A DNA stretch of 64,000 nt from Paramecium tetraurelia (taxonomy: Eukaryota). The stretch covers positions 124,001 to 188,000 of the forward strand of contig CT868024.1 in the NCBI GenBank assembly GCA_000165425.1, written 5' to 3'. Position numbers and translations under genes: made by a program. Positions 32,401 through 46,326 of the stretch are shown here, piece by piece. The notes under the pieces were generated by a model. That model ran no database searches. It was not told where the DNA came from and saw nothing but the letters and a program-made list of their open reading frames with translations. Within the stretch, counting starts at the first letter, position 1, and every line of letters begins with the position of its first letter.

Positions 32401-33731
32401 ATGGATTAATAAAAACTTATAGATGAATCAATAACTTTAGATGTCTTATAACCAAAATTAAACAAGCTATATCTGGTGTGTTCAATTAATAGCAGAGAGC
32501 CATTTACAGATCCTGAAACTATTTAAACCGATTTCATTAGTAATTATGCTTCTTTTAATAACCTAAAGCACAAAAGAGTGAGACACTAATGGCCTTGAAG
32601 ATTCCAAAAATGTTTGCATATATAGGTCTAACAGGCACCAAAGCTGTCTAGAATAAATAGCATGAAGAATAACCAAATCAATTATTATGTTGTTTCAGAT
32701 TGTTGGATGTTGATACAATTATTGCTGGGTATATGGATGGAAGAATAGTTTAAAAACAGATAATGACGCAACGAATAATAAAAGAATTTAATCGTTAGAA
32801 TTAAGAGGCTATTATCAAGAAAAGACCCATAAAAATCCATATTTTTCAAAAATATTTTGCTACATTATTTTTAGAGGGAGTTGTCTGTATTTATCATTAA
32901 GAACATCAAATGTTCAAATTCCAAAATGAATATGAAAAATTCATTCGATTATCATTCTAATATCATAAAAAGCTAGGTAGCATTTTAATATTATATAAGT
33001 AAGTTAGAAGACCTTGAAAAATTTCGAAAGTGACCCCTCATTTCATTATCACTATTTAAATTATGGTGAATTTTCTAACTTTTAGTACTGTTAACTTAAG
33101 ATGAATCCATTATTTATATTTAGGTTTGAATCAATGTCTATAAATGATATTGAGATATTACCCTTTAGTCCTTTAGAACATCTAAACAAGCCAGAACAAA
33201 GAATGGAGAAGGGATTGTGTATAGCTTTGAGTGGACTAGATGGATATTTTAGATTATTGGATGTGATGAATAATAAACCATTGTTTTCATTTAAAACCGA
33301 GTGTTGTGGGATTTGTTCATTTTCATTTAATCCGAATTTTAGCAGTGTAAGTTGAGCTAGTTAAATAGGTTTGTTTAGGGGCCCAGGATGATTCTGCTTA
33401 TGTGATAAATTTTAATTCTAAAATTTCCTGGATACGTTTGGTGGGACATAACTCATTTATATCTAGAGGAGTATTCAGTTCGATAAGTGCAACAGAGTTC
33501 AGGATAATATGTGGATGTTATGATGGTACGATTTCAATAACAGATGTCGACTTAAATTAATTAAATCCAGAAAATAGTTTATTTGTGAAGGCATAAGAGA
33601 AAGAGAAAGCGTTATAAGTTAAGAACATTCAAAGTGTATCATAGGATGGAGTTGCAAACGTAGCAGAGTTTTAGAATTATATTGTTTGCATGAATTTTGA
33701 TGGAGTAATTAAAATTTTTCTATTGTAATGA
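32401..33731 (+). CDS. WD40 protein, WDR20/DMWD-like
   Basis: SGLDGYFRLLD...FKTECCGICSFSF...GAQDDSAYV...VGHNSFISRGVF...GCYDGTI resembles the WDR20 repeats. Confidence 0.65.
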
Positions 33732-33745
33732 TATTGGATAAATGG

Positions 33746-34521
33746 TTATTTCAAAATAAGAACTCCCTTCTCTTGATAGTAGATTGCCTTTACTGAATTT
33801 GGGTTGGTGTATCTTCGAATGAAATCCTGTAAGATAAGTTCTGAGTCTTTAATATCTGTGGCTGCATGATCATTTGCTTGTCTGCGAAATTCTGCATAAG
33901 GTTTCTTTGTAATCTTCATACCACCATACAAATCTTTTGATGTCTACATTAAATTCTATAGTTTTAACCTTCATGTTCCTATAAAATTTCATTTTCTTTA
34001 ACCAATTCCTATGCTCTCAATTGAACAAACTTATCAAACAAGTTCACCTCAGTGAGTTCTGATTTGTATTCTAAGTATATTTTGCCAAAGATCACGCACT
34101 ATACAATTGGGAAGAGGTATCGAAATGTTGTGAATTTAATTGTTTTGAGTTATCACATTGTAATTGTAAGCATAGAGAAACTAATCATCATTCAATTTAC
34201 ATACCAAATTCATTCCAAATGACTCTGCTTAGTATCTAAACTTATTATATTCGATTACAGGATAAGTCATATCATCTTCCCATTCAGCTAATAAATCATA
34301 TAAAATTGCGTATGGTCTTATGAACTGAGACAGAAGGCATTGAATGGTACCTTTGGTTGAGTTCATCCTGCTGTTTCAATCAATTCCACCTATTCTTTAT
34401 TAATTTTATAACGTTTCAAAAGAGCTTCTCTAAATGATTATTTATCATCATTTACCTGAATGGTTGTAAATTCTGATTTCTAAAGCTAAGCAAACTGATT
34501 ATAGTAAAATAAATTATCCAT
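33746..34521 (-). pseudogene. Disabled copy of ciliate-specific mitochondrial ATP synthase subunit ATPTT7
   Basis: Blocks EWEDDMTYP, NLFLYAYNYN, RYLFP, VNLFD, RAQELVK, KRFVWWYED and RQANDH..DSELILQDFIRRYTNP match Tetrahymena ATPTT7 as recalled. Lesions: in-frame TGA at 34363-34365, AT instead of GT donor at 34313, and +1 frameshifts near 34140 and 33888. Confidence 0.8.
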
Positions 34522-34532
34522 TTATTTTATTT

Positions 34533-35958
34533 ATGAATAAACACCCATAACCAAAAAATCCTATCAATTGGTTAGATGAAATCAAACAAGCTTAAGATCC
34601 TGTATCACTTTCTAATCTATACATCAAAAATTTAAAAGAAGGTATTCATCTACATTATTCTTATTGAACTAAGAATACTCGAATCACAAAACAAATCATT
34701 AAAAACAACTTTAGGAGTTTACGATTTCGAAGCAGCAAAAAGACCATAATCAGCTATTGAAAAAATGGCTAACTCAAAAACCCACTAAATTGAATTAGGA
34801 TAAAAACCATCAGATTTTGCAAAATATCCGTAAATGCTGTATTCTCTAACATTCTTAGTACAAACTAAAAACTAAGCAATTTGTTTGTTGATGAGAGTGC
34901 CTTTGGTAGTTCGGCTGTTAGAATTGAATATATCAGAGAATTGGAATATTTGGTGGATGCATTAAAAAAATAGAATGCTCAGCTCCAAATTCAAATCTCA
35001 CTCAAAAAGCCTAATCTATAACGCAGTTTCATTGTTATACCCAAAAAGTATGAAGGTCATGATTGTTTGAATGATAAAACAATTATATCAAAATCAACTC
35101 TAGTGAAAGGAAGTAAATTTACAAAATCCAATGAAACGATGACAAAAAGTAAACTTAAACCTGATAATTCTCTTAAGGATAGGTAATCAGCACTTATTAC
35201 TTTAGATAAATCCAAAATTTAATTGAAGAAAAGAAACTCTTATAAAAAGAGGTGGCTCTGTACAAAGAAACTTTCAAAACCAGATAAAATAAACTAGAGG
35301 GATTCGATACTGACAAAATAATCAAGAAGTTCAATTAAAATTCAACTCTATATGGAGACAAATAGAAATAGCTTACACAGAGCAAGCATTCTGAAGAAAT
35401 AAAGGAGCAGTATTTATAGGGTTTAATGCAAGAGGCATTTTTACTACAATAATAATTATAGAGAATATAGGAGGAAAGTTAATACTTCGATCCCCATAAA
35501 AAATCTGAATATTGACAATATCATTTTCAAAAAGTGAATTTTTAATTTAATTCCTCCAATTTTCTTTCTATGCCCTAAGAATACTTCTTGTATAGGATTT
35601 CTATTGATTATTACAATTTTTCTGCTCCACTTGAAAACAAGTATATAAAGACTGCGATTCTCAAAATGTAATAGAGAGTGTATGCTTGAATGTAATAAAG
35701 AATAATTTTGTGACTCAATACCACTAGCGAGTACATTATCCAATAAGTTATCCATTTCAACTGAGAGTCATCTAAAAATCATTAATAGTATATATTACAT
35801 ATTGAATTCAAGGCTTATAAGGTTTTAAAGGTTGGAAAACAAAATCCAATAAAGTCACTGATAAATTGCGGTTGAATATTTAAATAAATCAGCAACAGGG
35901 AAAAGGACAAATATAGCAAAGCTAGATAGCTTGGCCTTCTGAATCCCAGATAATGTGA
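34533..35958 (+). CDS. Hypothetical protein (3' end approximate)
   Basis: MNKHPQPKNPINWLDEIKQ... is K/S/Q-rich with an intron near 34642. Confidence 0.55.
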
Positions 35959-36284
35959 GATCCCAATCAGGGTTTTTTCGTAATCACACGCCTCTAATCC
36001 AACAAAATTTATGAATTAATCAATTTATTACATTACTTTAAATATTAATTATTGTTCAATTGAAATGTATACTATAAACTATAGAGTTTCACCTCCTTAT
36101 AATTATTGAGAGAGAGGGGAAGAAGTATAGAATTACTTGTTTGAAATGAATAGTATTGAAATTGCAGATTAATTTATGGTATCAAATATTATTAAATGAA
36201 AAGTTTATATTGGATATAGGGTGAAAAAGTAATTTATTACAGTAAATGCATTTTAATAAGGGGAAATGCAAATTAAAAAAAATG

Positions 36285-36652
36285 TCATCTGAACTTCAAA
36301 ACTGAATTCTTGTTTGGGGTTACAGTTGTTAATATTTTCTAAACATTCTGTAATTTGAATTACCTAATTGGAACTTGATTTTTAGAGCTCTTAAAAGGGA
36401 CTCCTTCCTGAAGATGATGAATTGCCTCCATTTCGCTTAATGTTCTTCATTGGAGTTGTGTAGGCAGTAAGCATTCCTTAAAATAATATGGGAAATTGCT
36501 GTACTTGTTTGGCTTTCCGTTAGATTTTCGCTAAAAATATGTGTTGGTTTCTCATCTTCAGCATCCTCTTCACGCACAACTTCCAAGTACTTGTAACTTT
36601 GTACAGGCAATTAAGAACTTTACGGACTCTAGTACTAGTTGTTAGGCATCAT
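36285..36652 (-). CDS. Small hypothetical protein
   Basis: MMPNNQYQSPQ... with two tiny introns, ending ...RIQFLKFR-TGA. Confidence 0.6.
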
Positions 36653-36677
36653 TTTAATTAAAATTTGAATTATATTA

Positions 36678-37504
36678 ATGGATTATATGGAACTAAAGGA
36701 CTTAGATTTTTTGAAGTTTGTAAGAAACTTCTACAGATTACGCATGGCCACCAATGAAGAATACGATCCCCCATTTCATGAAGCCATCAATTATTATGCC
36801 AACTATTTGGAGCAGTTGACTTTGGATTATTGGGAAGACCTACTAATCAACTACAACATTTACAATTATCACTTTTAGTAATCATACTAGAAAATAAACA
36901 ATTCCAAACAAGATATAGAACTAAAGAAGTTCACAAATGTCTAGCTATTCAATCTCTATGATAAATTGATAGAATTTTATAAACTAAATATTAAGTCTGA
37001 CTTCATAATTGCATTATCTATTTGGTATCCTTCAATTTTTAGCATTTTGTCCTCTCAAGCACGTAAAGATCTTTCAGACAGAAGAGAGAATCTAACCTTA
37101 AAATATCTATCAAAAGAATTGACCAATATGCAGCAAAAACTAAAATTTGAGTTCTCCATCCATAAAATAGTTGACATCTCACACATGTTATTTTATGATG
37201 TTTTTTTCATTCAAACATTAAAGTAAACCCAACATAGCTAATTAATAGATAACCAATGCAAGCACATCATTAATTGTTGGATGTAATTGATGATGCATTC
37301 ATTCAATTCTTTTAAGAACAATACAATCTGGCAGAAATACAACAAAACACACAAGCAAAATGCCTATAGATTACAAAAAAGCAATAAGTGGACAAAGAAC
37401 CACTTAAAAAATTTAAATAAGATTGCCTACTTACAATCATGTAAATGAGAATGAAGAATCATGAACAATACACAAAATTTATTAAACATTATTTAAAACT
37501 GTGA
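36678..37504 (+). CDS. Hypothetical protein
   Basis: MDYMELKDLDFLKFVRNFYRL...; the standard-code ORFs at 36678 and 36966 join under code 6. Confidence 0.7.
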
Positions 37505-38297
37505 ATTATACATATCATTCGAATTTTAAATAACATATGTATAAGATTTCATCAAAGATTTACGTTATTCATAAAATTGGTCTATCCCATATTGATATTA
37601 AATTTATTTAATCCTTTAAAATTATCTTAAATATTGAAAGTTTTGTATTTTTAAATTATTCTTTTAAGCTGAATCTTACTTTACAATTATTCCATTGACA
37701 TTTACAAATTTTGACTTATTTTTTATTTTTAATTAAAAATTTTCATAATTTGTTAATATTATAAGCTACTTGCTTTTAAGGAACCATTCTAAATTCTACA
37801 ATCATTTATGCCTTTATTTAAATTTAATTATTTTTAAATAATTTTTTTATTATGAATTCTTATATCTAGTTTTTCTATTATGTTTCCATCATTAATTCTC
37901 CTCAATATTGATGCTTTTCGAAAACTTAAATAATAACGACTTCTATGTATTTTTTCCACAGAAACAAGTTCCTCAAATTGTAATTAAGTTCTTAAATTTG
38001 GATAACAAGTAGGCAATTTGAATAATTTTAATTTCTAATTTAATATATTAATTTTAAGTATTAAAATAATTAAGAAGATTATAGTTATAATTAAGTAAGT
38101 TTTAATTTTGATAATTTTTATATTGCTCAATTTTCATTAAAACATTAAGGAATTCATGGAAAATTAGCAATATCATAGTTATACACGATTGTATAATCTC
38201 TTAAAATAACAACATTAATTTGTATATGATTTATATAACTATGCACTATTAACATTACATTAATATATATCAATCTTAAATTATCGGAAATCATAAT

Positions 38298-38546
38298 ATG
38301 AATTGTAAAAATACATTTGAAGAACAATCGACTAAGATATCCATTTTTGATTGGGATATTTTAGAGACTGACTTAGAAACTAATTGCTCGTCACCTAAAT
38401 AAGAAGGATTTATCAATTAGATTCAGAAACACAAATTCGTTATTGGAATTTCGAAACCAGAAGAATAAAGAATTGGACTATCTTCAATTAAAAAAAGCAA
38501 AATTACAATCAAAGGAATCTTAGGGATCTCTAATCTTTCTATTTGA
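38298..38546 (+). CDS. Small hypothetical ORF (82 aa)
   Basis: MNCKNTFEEQSTKISIFDWDILE...ILGISNLSI-TGA, open in code 6. Confidence 0.4.
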
Positions 38547-39299
38547 TTGACTACATATTTATTAGTATTTACAACAATTGTATTTTCTATCTTGAGTCAA
38601 TAATATTGTGTTGATTTCAGCCATTCTACAGAGCAATCTTCTGCATGATAGCAATTCTTATTTAAATCTCATGATTTCCACATTGGTGTGATCCAAAGTT
38701 ATATACTAATCAAAATCTAAATCGGACTCACTCTTATGTAAACCGAATAAATGAGATTGTTAATTAAATGAGGAATCTCCTAAATATAAGTCCACAAGTA
38801 TGTTCTTTTATTAATAACTTTGTTCAACTTGAAGAGGAAATATCAATTTATGAAATAAATATAAACTGTGTAATAATAAAGTGATTGTAATGTTTAGGCA
38901 AAAGTAAAATATTTTCCTTAAGCAAGTTTATACAATTTCACTGAAAGTAGTTGATATACCATCAAATACTTTTACAGCCTTTCATTATAGTTTTTAATAA
39001 TCCAGCTAAATTAATTAAATTCGTTTCTTATATTCAGAGCCTCATATAAAACAACCCCAGATTCTTAATCTATAAATGACAATCACTATTCCTCAAATGA
39101 ACTTAAATCTAAATAGGAATAATAAGTTAAGAACTTTCTGGAATCTCATTAAATCAATTTGGAATTTGAGTTTGATATTAACTCTCTTACTATACATTAA
39201 AACAACTATCCATTTCACAATTTTACTCTTTGTTTCAAAGAATAAATGTAATTTAAAGGTTTTTTTCAATAGAAATTAGTTTAACTTTTAATCCTCATG

Positions 39300-40430
39300 A
39301 CTCTAAATTGAAATGGATGTCCAAAATGTAGTTTTATTAACAAAAATATAGTTTAATATAAGTTAAAGTGGTGTAACCTGAAATTGACTTAGACTTTATA
39401 ATTTAATTAATATATTGTGATATTATAAATATAAAATAATAAACATAATTGAGCGAGGATAAATTCAAAGAAATCTAGCCTAATTATTACATATTGTATT
39501 AGATGTTCAATAACAGAATTCTAAAGCCAAATAGTGGGTTTTGATTTTTCTAAATTTTAAATCCAAAAACTATTTTTGGTCTATATAAATCCATAAACAA
39601 AAGCAGATGGTATTTACTTTAACATCTACGCTATTGTTATATTTCCATAATTAAAATTAGTGTCATATTTTGGCAATTAATTTAAGACAATTTATATATA
39701 TATAAATAATAATATCATCATTCATAACATATTAAAGTAAATTGAACAGTGTAATTAATTTTTAATGTTTATTTTATAATTTAGCTTGATTTTTATTTCA
39801 TCAGCAGTAATAAACGTATATTATACAACTAAAGTTCAAATATTCCATAAATATAAATATATTTAGACTAGAATAATACAAGTAACAAATTAATAAATGG
39901 TGAATATCCTATCCTGGTGAACGTTATAATATTTATACTGCCTTTATAGATCTTAATTATATGTAAAGTTTACAAATAAATTCAAATTGAATTAAATTAA
40001 TTAATAAATGGAAAAGATAATCTTAATTTGGAGTGATCCTATTATAATAATAATGATAAAGTGTTAACAAAGAATATATACAAAAGATTGCAGAGATTAA
40101 AAAAAAATAAAATCTATTTCATGAAAAATATCAAAGGAAAAAATATAAGGAGGCTAAATCTTATGTATTTTTTAATAACATTCTTTTATTAAAATGAGAA
40201 AGTTGAGCAATAGATCTTATTTTATGAATAAAATCAGTGATCACCTTAAAGAAATATCAGAAATCCCTTAGACATGAGATATTTAAATATCTTAATTATT
40301 CTATTTTGGTCATTGTGTTTAATGAATTTGAATTTATAAAACCAAGGATACAGATTTTCAAGTAAATTAGTTTAAAATATTCTAAGTTAAAAAGATTTAG
40401 ATAAAAATAGAATAGTGAATTTGTTCTTAA
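39300..40430 (+). pseudogene. Decayed coding remnant, possibly a cyclic-nucleotide-gated K+ channel
   Basis: Fragmented frames such as NEKVEQQIL / MNKISDHLKE / EFEFIKPRIQIF recall the channel C-linker. No intact ORF. Confidence 0.22.
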
Positions 40431-40439
40431 CATTTAAGA

Positions 40440-42217
40440 TCATAAATAAATAATTATTACTAATAAAGGATAGACTACAGACATTATTGTTGCTGAATAT
40501 ATCTCCAATATTGAAATTGATGATTCATACATCAAGGTAAACTCTCTAAATCCCCAAGATTCTAACATATCCAGTATATCTTACCATCATAAGCTTCTTG
40601 ATTCAGAGTGGAACTAAATTTAATTTAGGCTTCTTTATTAGTATGTTCAAAGATCAAATCGACATAGATTTTGGAATCAGGCCAAGATTAGCCACAATAA
40701 TTAAAATCAGTTTCTACAAACCAGTTATGAGTCCAAATTTAAGCATCATCTACTTCTATTATAAACTTTTCATTATCCCAAGAATCAACTTTGTAAATAA
40801 GAACCTATAATCTTAATCTACTATGAGGTGGGATTTAAAAGGTTCTTGTTATGTATCCACCACTGCCCATCACTCCAAAACCTCCAAGAAGACTTGCCCC
40901 CATGCAAGTGGTTATCTAAGTTTGATCTTGCCTGTCATGCAATTCCCAACCCTTTAAATCATCAAATTGAAGTTCAGTAAAGTCTTATTCTAAAATCTCA
41001 AAATTTGATATGTTTTGACATTACCCAAAATCATAAAATAAGTTATCAGAGCATTCTATATATGATATCAGTTTTAGTTATTACTTATACAATCTGAAAT
41101 AGAGGGACCTTGACACTCCTGACATCCATCAGCACAAGGCAGATAAAATATATTTAGGTCCCTGACTCCAAAAGACTCATCATCTGATGCTTAATCAAGT
41201 GTCGATGTAAAACTAACAACCATATTATTCCCAGTATGATCAACTATGACATCGATTCTCTGAAAAACAGTTTTATAATTTTCATTTGTATTCCCACAAA
41301 TTTTACTTTTATATCCATCTGGATTTGTATAATTTTGCTACCATATGACTTTCCCATCGACCATCAACTATCCTTATTCATTATCCCAAGAATCAATCTT
41401 AGCCCACAAAGCTTATACTCTTATTCTGTAGTGTGGTTTCATTGTTATAGTTTTATTCAACACTGATTAAGCACCAAAATTATTGTAACCTCCAATTAGA
41501 GCAACATCTATAATCATATTGTCTCAATTACTTCCGCAAACTGAGGTTTAATCCTTCCCATTAAATATTGACCAACCTTCCGATGAGATACTTGAAAGTT
41601 TATTCCAATTGCTCAACCCAAATTCCCATATTGAACATTATTCAGATATATCTTCAGCTTCACATATTACACAACCATTTGGACATCCCTATACTGATAG
41701 TTTGAGATCACTAAATCCCCACTTATATGAATATTCTATAATATTACAATTTCTAGTGTATTTCCTATAAAAATCACTATGCCTGAGCTTCCAGTATGCA
41801 CAAAATCTACCTTTAACTAAATCATTTTGAAATCACTCAATGTGCATTTAGTCGATATCATAGGGGAGGTTTGTTGAGTCCAGACCAAATTCCAATCTAC
41901 ATATACGCCAATCTGATTATCATCACCCATTCTAATTTCTATTCGTAACTTTATCATACCCATATATAATAGCCTCCAATCTCAACATTGTATGTTAAGG
42001 CATTTGAAACTATTGTGTAGCAAAGGAGTGGTTCCCAATGTAGCCATTAATGTTAGTAGCACCATTACACAATAATTCCTTTCTTTGGCCATTATAAAAT
42101 ATATCTTCTCTATTTATGATATTTACCACTTAAGGCATTTGAAATATTTAAGGCCTCGAATGATGGTAGATATTCTGCTGATGCACTAGCCAAAATCTAC
42201 ACAAAAATAAGGATCAT
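40440..42217 (-). CDS. Secreted/GPI-anchored surface protein with three repeated ...IDSWDNE... modules linked by CxxxCxxC
   Basis: Signal peptide MILIFVQILASASA; PHYRIRV..KIDSWDNE; PHSRLRL..KVDSWDNE; (W/F)G(F/V).(D/E) module ends; CPNGCVIC and CADGCQEC; hydrophobic C-terminus. Confidence 0.75.
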
Positions 42218-42430
42218 ATAATTTGATAATAAAATGTATGTTATAATTAATTTATAAATATTTTAAGTCTCATCCTATTGTAATTTAAATTTGTGTTCAA
42301 TTTAAGAAAATCATTACTATATTTCAATAATCCTTATAAATTTTAAATTATTTAATCCCTTTTTATGCTTTATTTGCAATTATTAAATAAAAACCATTTG
42401 AAATTATAAAATTATAAAAGGGTAATATAA

Positions 42431-42453
42431 ACACACACACACACAAACACACA
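42431..42453 (+). repeat. (CA)n microsatellite
   Basis: acacacacacacac aaacacaca in intergenic DNA. Confidence 0.7.
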
Positions 42454-42936
42454 AGCATTTCTATTTTAGGCAATTGAATGAGGGGCAAAAATTCATAGGG
42501 AAGGTAAAATCAGTATAAATTCTTAAAAGACTATATGGTAAAATTAGTAACTATAATTAAGAATACATACCAAGTAAATCAACTTTCCATCAATTTTGTA
42601 ATTGATTTGATGTTAATTTAGATTATAAGATATACAATTATATGGGCAGAAACAAGAAATAAGTTGACATAACAGTTTGAGTTGATTTACAACATGAGAG
42701 CTAATTATAACTTCATAAATATTATACTCATTTAAATACCAAGTCGATTTATCGTAAAAAAGCAAAGATACTTTTCTAAACTATTATGAATTAATTGTGA
42801 ATAACTTTGGATTAATAATTTCTATTTTAGATAATTAGAAAGACTATTATCATAATATATAATTAAACTCTTTTGATTAGAAGGTTACCAAATAACTGCA
42901 TTTACTGATAAATTTTATTTATTTCATAAATTTATT

Positions 42937-44733
42937 TCAAAATTATTCAAAACTCTCAATCTAAAATAATAAGTTGTCGCTAGCATCATGAGCAACAGAC
43001 AACATCCTCAAATAGTTCTCTGCATACATTTTAATTACACTAATCGGATTGAACTATAATAATGTAAAGCATATCTTCGACAACTGAGTCAAGATATTTA
43101 TTTTTTATCTTGATTAGTATCAAACAATTTACCTTCTGATTCTCTCTTCTAAAGTAGTGACCTCCTTTATTTCTTCAACCAAAGCATCATAAACCGCTTA
43201 AACAACAGAGGCTTCCAGAAAGTCTGCACTTTACAAAACTTTGTTCTCCTTGATGTTATACATCAAAAAATGTTTCTTATTCTGAACTGCAACATTGATT
43301 ATTGAACTGACAGTTATTAACTTTCTCAAAGGCGATGCATCCCAGAATTCTAAGCACTCTAAATAGAAAATTCAAAGTACTAAGCTAATGATCTTTTAAC
43401 TCCACTTAACGATTTGATCATATGCATCATTAGAGGGAACCTTGTAATTATTTTTATTCGCCTATATTTCTAAGGCCTAACACCAAAGCAATCTATTCAA
43501 AGAACTCTATCTGAGCAACCCAACGATAGTCTAATTATTTGGTATTTCATTTGCATTCCAAACACAATTAATATGAATTTACATAATCTTGTAAATGGCC
43601 TAAACATTGTTACGACTCATCAAATGAGCTAATTCTTGCTCTTCTATTGTTTATAAGTTCTAACAATTATTGCAAAACTACATACATGCTTCTTAACACA
43701 GTCTTCATAGATATTGTAAAATGTATCATTATGAGCCTTGATGATATCCTTGAGTTTTTGATACTCTTGGCTCCTCATGCTCTCTATTGTCTTAGTTAAG
43801 AAGGAGGAATATGGTTTGAATTCAAGTTGTCTAGGGGCTTCTTAGGGTTTTTGAAATTTCAGAATAAAATTTTCAATGAAATCTTAAATATTCGATTTTC
43901 TGATTTGATCATTCAATTTTTCGGAGTCTTATAAGGATTACTTTGAAATGGAAGACTCAAATAAAAAGAGTTTCATCAGGGTGTCTTTTTGTACAAGTAG
44001 CCTTTACTATTCATATTATTCCATCTAAGACAAATAGCTTTCCATTTTGGTTTTATAAACATCGATGAATTCATTATAGGAAAGCACAATAATTTCGAAT
44101 TCTCTTTCCAATTTGGTGCATTCCTATTCGATTTGCTAAGTTCTGTGGGTAAGTATGTATGTATAATTACTTTTACACTTGCTTCAATGCCTTGTCCTCT
44201 GAAATATCATGACTATATTGAAAAATCATATCTGAAATTCCTGATTATTCTAAATCCTTTGCCTGCAATTTATAGTCCAATTTTCCTCCCATTACCTCGT
44301 CCTATTTATCTTATAAGTCCCATTCCAGGCCTTTCATTTCGTCAATAATCCTTTTCGAAACTTGATTTTGATTCTACACAATTTCTTTCACTTATTCAAT
44401 TATTTCCGATCTAATCAAATCTACGAAATTCTCTAATCTTTCTATTTTTTATCTTAATTAATTCACCAACTATTCTCTCAAATAGGTTATGCTAACGAAT
44501 TCTTAACAAATTTAAATACCTTGACTTCTCAATTTATTAGGAGAGTTTGTATAATGATTTGGCATATTGATCCTCAATGTTTGCTCTTTCTTGTAAAATA
44601 CCCAAGTACTCCTCCAAACCCCTTTTACTTTCTATGTTTTATTAGATTACCCTCTCCGATTGACCCTATTCATTAAGATAAAATGTATTACAAGTAAATT
44701 TGGATAATATGCCAATTTCTATGTTTGATTCAT
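42937..44733 (-). CDS. F-BAR (FCH) domain protein, possibly with an SBF2-like C-terminal region
   Basis: LEEYLGILQERANIEDQYAKSLYKL is the FCH signature; coiled coil follows. 3' end approximate. Confidence 0.72.
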
Positions 44734-44794
44734 ATTTATATAAATGAAGTTTGTAGAGATCAAATATTAATAATTAACAAAAATGTTAGAGAAT

Positions 44795-46200
44795 TCAGGA
44801 TTCCTTCTTTGGCTCATAATATTCCTTCTACGGTCTTTATTGGTACTTCTTATATCCAGTGAACTCTCTCAAATCATCTTCCAATCTATCTGTAACTATT
44901 TAGAATTATAATATTACTGTAATGCTATTGTGTTTTTCTATTATTGGAATTATCATAGTATTTGTTTGAATGGTAATGCGAGTCATTATTCGGTCTTCTC
45001 TTTTGCTACGTGTTAATATTATTAATTAATACTTGATATCTATTCTGATAATAAGGTTTTTGATGATACTCAGTTCGTCCTTCATCATATTTCCTAACAT
45101 GATTTTTCTCAACAGAATTTTCTTTGTTTGATTCTGTCTCTCTCGTTTATTTCTAGTCTGGTTACTGGGCAGACTATTCAACGATTGGTTGTTCTAGAGG
45201 GTGTTCAACTTAGATTGGCTCTGCTTGTGTCTCTTTTTTTTAATCCATAGGCAATTCTGGGGGAGGTTGTAGTTCTTGTTGGGGATAAAGAATGGGAACA
45301 AATGAAAATTAGAATTGTTGCTCTTACAATGGAGCAAAGTTCAATTCGACTTTATCCTTAGTTCTTATTTAATTTAGTCTTTAACTAACTATATCTGAAG
45401 ATGATAAATCGTAGAACTATTATTCTTATTACGATTGTTGTGGTTGCTATTACTATTACTATTGCTATTAAATTTATTAAGATTATTATTGAGGTTATTA
45501 ATACTATTATTATTGTTAATATTATTATTAAGAGTGAATTTAATATTAATTTTGAGTTTCATCATAGTTTCTCATATTATTCATTCTTTGTTCTTAAAAT
45601 TATTGTTACTTGAATACAACAATGCTCAAAAACTTAGTAAAATAGTCCACTTCTTCCATCTTAGCATTTTGAATGCCATACTATAAAGAGATAATGAGAG
45701 AATTCTTACAATGGATTTGGATTGTTAAATTTTACTAAATCCTATTTGCGCATCTTCCTGAGTTTCAAAGACGATAAATAATTTGACCATATCCTTATTT
45801 GGGACATATTCAGCCTCTTTTGGATCCCATTCTTGTTTGACTTCTAATTCTTATAAAAATCTGCGAAATTCTTCTACTTTATTTTTCTTGATCAAAATTT
45901 AGACTTATTTCCTCTCCTTTGAAAAGATTGGCATCACTGCACCGAAGGTTTGATCGTATACCCAATTGGTGTAGTTGAATTGAATTAATATCTAGATGAA
46001 TGATGTTTCACTTAAATACATTCACTAAATTCTGCATCCCATTTGGATATTCTAGTAATTGCCGAAAACTATTCTCTTTTGCCAAACAAGACAATCGAAT
46101 ATACCCAGTAGTGGAATCGAATCTTTTCAATAGAAAATGGTTTCTACTTAAGACTGGAAAACTGAAAATGCGTCTCAACTACATTTAAAGCTGCATCCAT
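44795..46200 (-). CDS. Q/Y-rich low-complexity protein, possibly RNA-binding
   Basis: RRM-like LFIVFETQEDAQ; poly-Q/Y tract at 45420-45560; RG/Y-rich tail ending KEYYEPKKES-TGA. Confidence 0.6.
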
Positions 46201-46326
46201 ACCTGTTAAAGAAGACAATCATCAACACTTTGCGGTTACATGCTGCTATATTTTGAATTCAAATAATTAATTTAATGAATGTTTGTAATACTCCAAAGTC
46301 CCATCAATAATAATAAATTGACGAAA

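Noticed and set aside
34363..34365. In-frame TGA as selenocysteine or programmed readthrough/frameshifting
   Set aside because: The same gene has two frameshifts and a broken splice donor, the site is not a redox motif, and I see no SECIS. Pseudogenisation is simpler.
36066..36130. Weak intergenic hairpin (CCTC/GAGG)
   Set aside because: Short and imperfect, with no H/ACA or other boxes; compatible with chance.
45401..45686. Leu/Ile-rich + strand ORFs
   Set aside because: Antisense of the poly-Q region of the - strand gene.
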